The notes under the pieces are model-generated. The model ran no database searches and was not told where the DNA came from. It saw only the letters and a program-made list of their open reading frames with translations. Shown one piece after another: positions 57,727-64,000 of a stretch of DNA of 64,000 nt (the first letter of the stretch is position 1; the number at the start of each line of letters is the position of its first letter). This stretch comes from Methanobacteriota archaeon (GTDB lineage Archaea; Methanobacteriota; Methanobacteria; Methanobacteriales; Methanobacteriaceae), in the NCBI GenBank assembly GCA_963787255.1, contig CAWBCJ010000025.1:96001-160000 (forward strand), written 5' to 3'. Made by a program: the position numbers and the translations under genes.

Positions 57727-58380
57727 ATGAGTAAAGGACAAGATTATAACAAAAATACATTCATGGGAGCTTCAACTAAACAAGGCTATGACATAGCTTC
57801 TAAAAGCAGAGAAATAGTCAGATCATTAATCAGCGATAAAATAAAGGATCTAAAAGAAGAAGAAAAATCAATTATTGAAAGAATCGTCCATTCAACAGCA
57901 GACCCTGAATATGCAGATATAACAAAAATATCACCAGATTTTATAAACGAAAGCATAAAATCTGTTAAAAACAAAAAAGATATTTTAACAGACATAAACA
58001 TGGTAAAAACAGGAATAAACAAGTACGAAGGTAAAATAAACTGTTATATAAATCACGAAGAAGCCATAAATCTTGCAAAAGAAGAACAGATAACCCGTGC
58101 AGCAGCAGCAGTAAGAGTTGCACATCAAAAAGGTTTTGATGGGATTATAGTAATCGGTAATGCACCTACAGCCCTTTTTGAAGCCATAAATCTTGCTGAA
58201 AATGAAGGAATGAAAGTTAGATCAATTATTGGAGTTCCAGTAGGATTTGTTGGGGCTGCAGAATCAAAAGAAGCGCTTCAAAGAACAAAAATCCCTAATC
58301 TTATAACAGAAGGGCCCAAAGGAGGAACTCCGGTGGCTGTTGCAGTTGCAAATTCTATTATAACGCTTGCAATGAAATAA
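57727..58380 (+). CDS. cbiC: Cobalt-precorrin-8 methylmutase
   Basis: R.VHSTAD, TD.NMV..GI, IGNAPTAL, GVPVGFVGAAESK. Confidence 0.93.
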   Translation: MSKGQDYNKNTFMGASTKQGYDIASKSREIVRSLISDKIKDLKEEEKSIIERIVHSTADPEYADITKISPDFINESIKSVKNKKDILTDINMVKTGINKYEGKINCYINHEEAINLAKEEQITRAAAAVRVAHQKGFDGIIVIGNAPTALFEAINLAENEGMKVRSIIGVPVGFVGAAESKEALQRTKIPNLITEGPKGGTPVAVAVANSIITLAMK

Positions 58381-58461
58381 CAAATTAATATAATTCCATT
58401 TAAAAAAATATTTTATATTTAATTTAAAAGAAATCAGTATTTTCAGGGGAGTTGTAATGAT

Positions 58462-59721
58462 ATGAAATCAGAAGAACTATTTAATGAAGCCAAAAATTAT
58501 CTTCCAGGTGGAGTAAATTCTCCAGTTAGAGCGTATAAACCTTATCCTTTCTTTGCAAAACACGGAAAAGGATCAAAAATCTTTGATGTTGACGGAAATA
58601 CTTATATTGATTATTGCCTTGCTTACGGACCACTGGTTCTAGGTCATGCAAACTATGGAATAATGCAAGCTGTCAAAAACCAGTTGGAGGCAGGTTCAGC
58701 TTTTGGTGTTCCAACTGAAAAGGAAATAGACCTTGCCAAACTTGTAATAAAAAAAGTACCCTGTGCTGAAATGGTCAGATTCGTAAATTCAGGTACTGAA
58801 GCTACAATGAGTGCAATAAGACTTGCAAGAGCAGCAACCGGTAAAAAAAAGATAATTAAATTTGAAGGCTCTTATCATGGTGCTCACGATTATGTACTTG
58901 TAAAATCTGGCTCTGGAGCTGTAGGATTACCTGATTCACCGGGAGTTCCAGAAGAAACTACCAAAAACACTGTTTTAATCCCATTTAATGATGAAAAAGC
59001 TTTAACTGAAATAATTGAAAAAGAAGAAAACCAGATCGCTGCGATTATTGTTGAACCAATAATGGGAAATATAGGATGTATTTTACCAAAAGATGGTTAT
59101 TTAAAATTCTTACGCGAAATCACTGCCTATAATAATATTATTTTAATATTTGATGAAGTAATCACGGGATTCAGGATAGCAGAAGGTGGAGCACAAGAAT
59201 ATTTTGGTGTTACTCCTGATCTAGTTACACTTGGAAAAATTCTCGGAGGCGGCTTCCCCATGGGTGCCATAGCCGGTAAAAAAGATTTAATGGAAATGAT
59301 AGCACCATCAGGAAGTGTATATCAAGCAGGAACATTTAATGGAAATCCTATATCAGTTACAGCAGGACTTGCCATGCTAAAACAGCTTGATAACAGTTTC
59401 TATAATGAACTGAATAAAAAAGGAGATAAAATGAGAACTGGATTAAAGAACATTCTTAATGATAATGCTATTGAATTCAATGTAGCCGGTTTAAGCTCTA
59501 TGTTCCAGATATACTTTACAGATGAAGAAGTATATGATTATAACAGTGCAAAATCGGCGGATACAGAAAAATTCAACATTTATTTCCATGAATTACTTAA
59601 AAAAGGTGTTTTTGTTCCACCTTCACAATTCGAGTGCTGTTTTATTTCTTTAATGCATGACAATGAAAGTATTGAGAAAACTCTAGAAATTGTAGATTCT
59701 GCTTTAAAATCAATTAAATAA
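58462..59721 (+). CDS. hemL: Glutamate-1-semialdehyde 2,1-aminomutase
   Basis: [40 protein letters not shown]. Confidence 0.96.
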   Translation: MKSEELFNEAKNYLPGGVNSPVRAYKPYPFFAKHGKGSKIFDVDGNTYIDYCLAYGPLVLGHANYGIMQAVKNQLEAGSAFGVPTEKEIDLAKLVIKKVPCAEMVRFVNSGTEATMSAIRLARAATGKKKIIKFEGSYHGAHDYVLVKSGSGAVGLPDSPGVPEETTKNTVLIPFNDEKALTEIIEKEENQIAAIIVEPIMGNIGCILPKDGYLKFLREITAYNNIILIFDEVITGFRIAEGGAQEYFGVTPDLVTLGKILGGGFPMGAIAGKKDLMEMIAPSGSVYQAGTFNGNPISVTAGLAMLKQLDNSFYNELNKKGDKMRTGLKNILNDNAIEFNVAGLSSMFQIYFTDEEVYDYNSAKSADTEKFNIYFHELLKKGVFVPPSQFECCFISLMHDNESIEKTLEIVDSALKSIK

Positions 59722-59741
59722 AAACTATAATTTCTTTTTTT

Positions 59742-60443
59742 TTATTTTATTGCATAAATGGTAATAATGCTTAAAAAAATGATTATTAGTGTTAGAGTTC
59801 CTATTTTTGCATAAGGATTGTAAATAATACTTTTAGTGTTAAATGGTTTATTTTTACGTTTGTCTTTTACATAGGAAATCAAATGTTTTTCTTTTTCTAT
59901 GATATCATCTATGATCATTTTCTGGCTATTAAGATCATTTTTCATATCTTTTTCTTCTATCAAATCCCATAATGACCAGTCATTGTCTTTAATTTCTGTT
60001 ATTTGTTCTTCACTAATATTGTTTAGAATTATTTCTTGTTTTTGGACGTTTTCGTACAGTTTTTCCATAAATATTTTACGTTCCTGTGCCTTGACTCTTA
60101 TTACATCCACAATTTGCTGCAATTCTGCGTATTCATCATAATATTCCTCATTAAGATCATGAAGAGCGTCATATTCATAATCGGGGTTGTGGGGAGAATT
60201 GAATTTATTTGTAGAACTAGAAATTCGAGGTTTTCTTATGTATTTATTCTCCCTATATTCTAAAGGACTTCCACATTCACACTCTTTAAAATCTTCAGGA
60301 GATTCATTTTCTTTTAGTTTATAATATCCTAAACAGCTGTTACATATAAGATATCCGTTATCTATCTTTGTATCCTCATTTTTCCCGTATATTCTTTTTA
60401 TCTCTTCAAATTTATTTTTTCCTACATTTCTTTTTTGATCCAC
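59742..60443 (-). CDS. Zn-ribbon + coiled-coil protein with C-terminal membrane anchor
   Basis: [12 protein letters not shown]...DF.ECECG..LEY; helical acidic middle; terminal hydrophobic helix. Confidence 0.7.
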   Translation of the reverse strand: MDQKRNVGKNKFEEIKRIYGKNEDTKIDNGYLICNSCLGYYKLKENESPEDFKECECGSPLEYRENKYIRKPRISSSTNKFNSPHNPDYEYDALHDLNEEYYDEYAELQQIVDVIRVKAQERKIFMEKLYENVQKQEIILNNISEEQITEIKDNDWSLWDLIEEKDMKNDLNSQKMIIDDIIEKEKHLISYVKDKRKNKPFNTKSIIYNPYAKIGTLTLIIIFLSIITIYAIK

Positions 60444-60944
60444 AAAAATACCACCCTTTTTTAAGGTTCTTTTCCAAAAAATCTCATAGAAAATTTAAAG
60501 GGATTAAGTTTTACTTAACAGAGGATTTTAACCTAAATGAGAATGAATTTTTTAACTTAAGTTCCCTTTATGCCTATATATGTTAATATTTACTTAATTA
60601 ATATTATAAGTATTTTATGTATTGTTTTTAAGTATGAAATGATATAAGTGGGATTATTTTTATTAAATATTAAAAATAATGTAATAAATATTAATATCCC
60701 GGTAATAAAAATATTATTCACCAATTCACATAACATAAAAGGTATACAAAATAAATTAACCTCACATAATAATCCTTAAACACCATAACTTCGAAAAATA
60801 AGAGATATATAATAAATAAATTAACAAAATTCTCATTCATGCTTTTAAAAACTATATATAAAAAGTTATTATAACCTCTATAATACACTAATAATTGTCA
60901 TTAATTTAAAGAAAAATATTAAAAAAAATATCCGGCGGAAAAAA

Positions 60945-61680
60945 ATGAAAATTGCGGCAGGCCTCGGAGAAAACGAAAATATAGTTGAAGCTTCAAAAAT
61001 GGTAAACTTCGAGGTTATTTTAACCGAATCTGAAGAAGAATTAATTGACATGCTGCTAAATAAAAAAGCTGATGCCGCTATAAGAGGCTCTTTAAGTTCT
61101 TCAAATATAATGAGTATTTTAAGAAAAAAATATGGCAATAATATATACAGGGCTTCATTTTTAGAAGTAAATGGCCATAAATTTCTTTTTGCCCCAGTTG
61201 GAATTGATGAAGGAGATAATTTAGAGGATAAAAAGAAAATAATAGAATTAGGAGCCAAATTTTTATTAAAACTTGGAATTAAACCTGAAATTGGTATTCT
61301 TTCAGGTGGAAGACCTCAAGATATAGGTAGAAGTCCTAAAATTGATAATTCTATTGAAGAAGGAGTAAGTTTAACAGAAGATCATAAAAGATAAATATTT
61401 TGTAAAACATTATTTTATATTAATAGAAGATGCTATAAAAGATAATGTAAACTTTATTTTGGCACCAGACGGAATTTCTGGAAACTTAATCTTTAGAACT
61501 CTTGTTTTTTTAGGTTCAGGAAAAAGTCACGGTGCCGTAACACTTGGAATAGACGAAATTTTCTTGGATACATCAAGATCACAGACTGTAGAAGGATATA
61601 ATAGAGCTTTAGAATTTTCATATTATCTAGCAAGACTAAAGAGTAGGAGTGAAAATGGAACCACTAAAACCACTTTATAA
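60945..61680 (+). CDS. mtxX: MtxX / methanogenesis marker protein 4, frameshifted near 61378
   Basis: [24 protein letters not shown], then ILIEDA...[16 protein letters not shown]. Confidence 0.85.
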
Positions 61681-62422
61681 AACTTACGAATGGTACATAT
61701 CAAGGAATCTTAAGCCTGAAAATATGCCAAAACATATTGCAATAATAATGGACGGTAACAGGCGTTATTCAAAATTAATGGGTAATATGCTAGCTATAGA
61801 AGGCCATAAAAGAGGAGTAAGCACTCTTGAAAAAGTTTTAGACTGGTCAATTGAACTGGGAATAGAAATAGTAACAGCATATGCATTTTCTACTGAGAAC
61901 TTTAACCGCCCCTCAGAGGAAGTTAAAGATTTGATGAAGCTTTTCCAGAAAAATTTTGAAGGAATAGCCAATAACCCCAAGATCCACAAGAACAAGGTAA
62001 GGGTTAAGGCAGTTGGTAATTTAGATTTACTTCCACAAAACGTTAGAGAGGCCATAAAGATTGCAGAAGACTCAACAGCGGCATACGATAAGAGACTAGT
62101 TAACATTGCAATTGGCTATGACGGACGTATGGAAATAATTGATGCTATAAAAAAGATATCAAAGGAAGTTAAGGAAGGAAAATTAGATTCAGATAAGATT
62201 GATGAAAAAATGGTTAGTGAAAATTTATACACAGCAGGATTAGATGATCCTAATTTAATAATAAGAACAAGCGGGGAAGAAAGACTAAGTGGCTTCCTTT
62301 TATGGCAGTCTTCATATTCGGAACTTTATTTCTGCGATAGTTTATGGCCAGAACTTCGAAAAGTAGACTTTTTAAGGGCATTAAGATCTTATCAAGAAAG
62401 AGAAAGACGTTTTGGAATTTAA
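61655..62422 (+). CDS. uppS: cis-prenyltransferase (polyprenyl diphosphate synthase)
   Basis: [35 protein letters not shown]. Confidence 0.95.
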   Translation: MEPLKPLYKTYEWYISRNLKPENMPKHIAIIMDGNRRYSKLMGNMLAIEGHKRGVSTLEKVLDWSIELGIEIVTAYAFSTENFNRPSEEVKDLMKLFQKNFEGIANNPKIHKNKVRVKAVGNLDLLPQNVREAIKIAEDSTAAYDKRLVNIAIGYDGRMEIIDAIKKISKEVKEGKLDSDKIDEKMVSENLYTAGLDDPNLIIRTSGEERLSGFLLWQSSYSELYFCDSLWPELRKVDFLRALRSYQERERRFGI

Positions 62423-62472
62423 AATCACTTCCATTACATTATTTTTATACTAATTTTATTGAGGTAAAATTT

Positions 62473-63231
62473 ATGATTGACGCACATTGTCATGTTGATT
62501 TTAAAGAATTTAATAAAAACAGAGAAGAAGTAATGGGTAGAGCAAAGAAAAAACTGAATGCAATTGTAAATTCAGGAGCCACTTTAGGTGGTAATAGGCG
62601 TACTTTAAAATTAATTGAAGAATACAAAGGATTTCTGCACGGAACATTGGGATTTCATCCAGTAAACGCGTCTAAGGCAGATTCATCAATAATTAAACAG
62701 GCTTTTAAGGAAATAAATGAAAATATTGATAAAGCAGTAGCTCTTGGAGAAACAGGCCTTGATTTTCACCATGTAGAAGATACTGAAAAAAGAAACAGAC
62801 AGATAAAAGTTTTCAGGTCATTTATGGATCTTGCAAATGAATATGAAATGCCATTAATAATCCATGCCAGAGATGCTGAATTGAAATCATTTGAAATGAT
62901 AAAGAAATATTCAAAGGATATTGACGTTATATTCCATTGTTACGGTGGTAATCTGGAAACGATGAATAAAATCATAGAAGAAAGTTATTACATTTCCTAT
63001 TCAACTGTAATTTGTTATTCTGATTATCACAGCGAGCTGGTTGAACAAACACCATTAGAAAATATTCTTACTGAAACTGACAGCCCCTATCTTTCACCTT
63101 TCAAGGGTCAAAAGAACGAACCTGCATTTGTAGAAGAAACAGTTAAAAAAATTGCAGAAATCAAATCAATATCTCCTTTGAAAGTGGATAAAAAAACAGA
63201 AAAAAATGCAAGAAAAGTTTTTGAAATTTAA
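62473..63231 (+). CDS. tatD: TatD family hydrolase
   Basis: GAGGT RBS then [34 protein letters not shown]. Confidence 0.92.
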   Translation: MIDAHCHVDFKEFNKNREEVMGRAKKKLNAIVNSGATLGGNRRTLKLIEEYKGFLHGTLGFHPVNASKADSSIIKQAFKEINENIDKAVALGETGLDFHHVEDTEKRNRQIKVFRSFMDLANEYEMPLIIHARDAELKSFEMIKKYSKDIDVIFHCYGGNLETMNKIIEESYYISYSTVICYSDYHSELVEQTPLENILTETDSPYLSPFKGQKNEPAFVEETVKKIAEIKSISPLKVDKKTEKNARKVFEI

Positions 63232-63251
63232 CATAAAATAACATAAGTTAC

Positions 63252-63632
63252 TTATTCTTCATCTAATTCTTCAAAAACTTCCTTTGCAGCGTTTATTCCA
63301 TTTAACGCTGCTGGAAAACCAGCATAAACAGCCATCTGGATTAAAACTTCTACAATCTCTTCGCGGGTGCAGCCAACATTTAAAGCGCCTTTAACATGGC
63401 TTTTAAGTTGTACTGGGGCAGTTCCCAATGCAGTAATTGCCGCAATAGTTACAAGTTCCCTTGTTTTTAAATCCAAACCTGGACGAGTGTATACGTCACC
63501 ATAAGCAAATTCAGCAACAAAACGCGCTAAATCAGGGGCAATGTCCTCTAAATTATCTTCTAATTGTTTATAAGATTTTGGATTCATTATTTTAAGCATT
63601 TCTATTCCTTTTTTGTAACGATCTTCACTCAT
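63252..63632 (-). CDS. Carboxymuconolactone decarboxylase family protein
   Basis: FAYGDVY.RPGLD.KTREL, H..GALNVG, YAGFPAA. Confidence 0.9.
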   Translation of the reverse strand: MSEDRYKKGIEMLKIMNPKSYKQLEDNLEDIAPDLARFVAEFAYGDVYTRPGLDLKTRELVTIAAITALGTAPVQLKSHVKGALNVGCTREEIVEVLIQMAVYAGFPAALNGINAAKEVFEELDEE

Positions 63633-63760
63633 TTTTTTCCCTCCAATTCATTTTTTTTAATGAATTTTAAAAGAAATACTATAATTAGTTAAATGGAGCA
63701 AATATTTAAATTACTCCTTAAATCACATAAGAATAATAAACATAAATTAGGTGAATCAAG

Positions 63761-64000
63761 ATGAAAATAAAGATTTTATGTACATTAGTACTTGCAATTT
63801 TTTTACTGAGTGTCCAATCTGCTAGCGCAGCTCCCCAGGACACTATAAATAATGTAACTGATACCGCACAACAAACACTTAACAATGCATCTGCAACAGC
63901 AAATCAAACAGCTCAGGAAGTGCAGCAAACATTAAATCCAATTCAAAGTATTCTAAACAGTATTAATTCAATTATACAGCAAATTCAACAAATATTCTCA
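63761..64000 (+). CDS. Secreted Q/N/T-rich protein, truncated by the window end
   Basis: GGTGA RBS; signal peptide MKIKILCTLVLAIFLLSVQSASA followed by APQDTINNVTDTAQQTLNNAS...; frame open to the end. Confidence 0.7.
   Translation, partial: MKIKILCTLVLAIFLLSVQSASAAPQDTINNVTDTAQQTLNNASATANQTAQEVQQTLNPIQSILNSINSIIQQIQQIFS

Noticed and set aside
62344-62472. N-terminal extension of TatD overlapping uppS
   Set aside because: The real start is ATG 62473 behind a GAGGT RBS; the extension is an ORF-calling artefact.

Overview
AT-rich archaeal chromosome segment from a hydrogenotrophic methanogen, most likely Methanobacterium (Methanobacteriales). The assignment rests on split PolB small subunit, MtxX, connectase/DUF2121, DUF2115, GGTGA/GGAGG ribosome-binding sites, and gene order resembling Methanothermobacter blocks as I recall them. 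Most of the window is housekeeping: Hel308, moaC, cbiD, aroK-chorismate mutase-rps17e-lysC-dapA-dapB-asd, thermosome, thiolase/HMG-CoA synthase, aroC, hemB, citG, pheS, rps8e, hypE, cbiC, hemL, uppS, tatD. I saw no rRNA, tRNA, CRISPR array or intact transposase. The most interesting accessory items are: (1) a PLD(HKD)-nuclease fused to SSB/RPA-like OB folds, inserted between dapB and asd; (2) a toxin-antitoxin patch at 3.6-4.7 kb with a decayed MNT, a HEPN lacking its RX4H motif, and an antitoxin-RelE fusion one base away from a normal two-gene operon; (3) a GC-rich ~60-nt structured intergenic element at 20.8 kb; (4) a membrane-anchored Zn-ribbon/NERD protein lacking its catalytic residue; (5) several small proteins missed by the ORF track. 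Eight frameshifts in six genes are all net +1, which points to assembly error rather than biology. All family calls are by eye from motifs; no database search was run.
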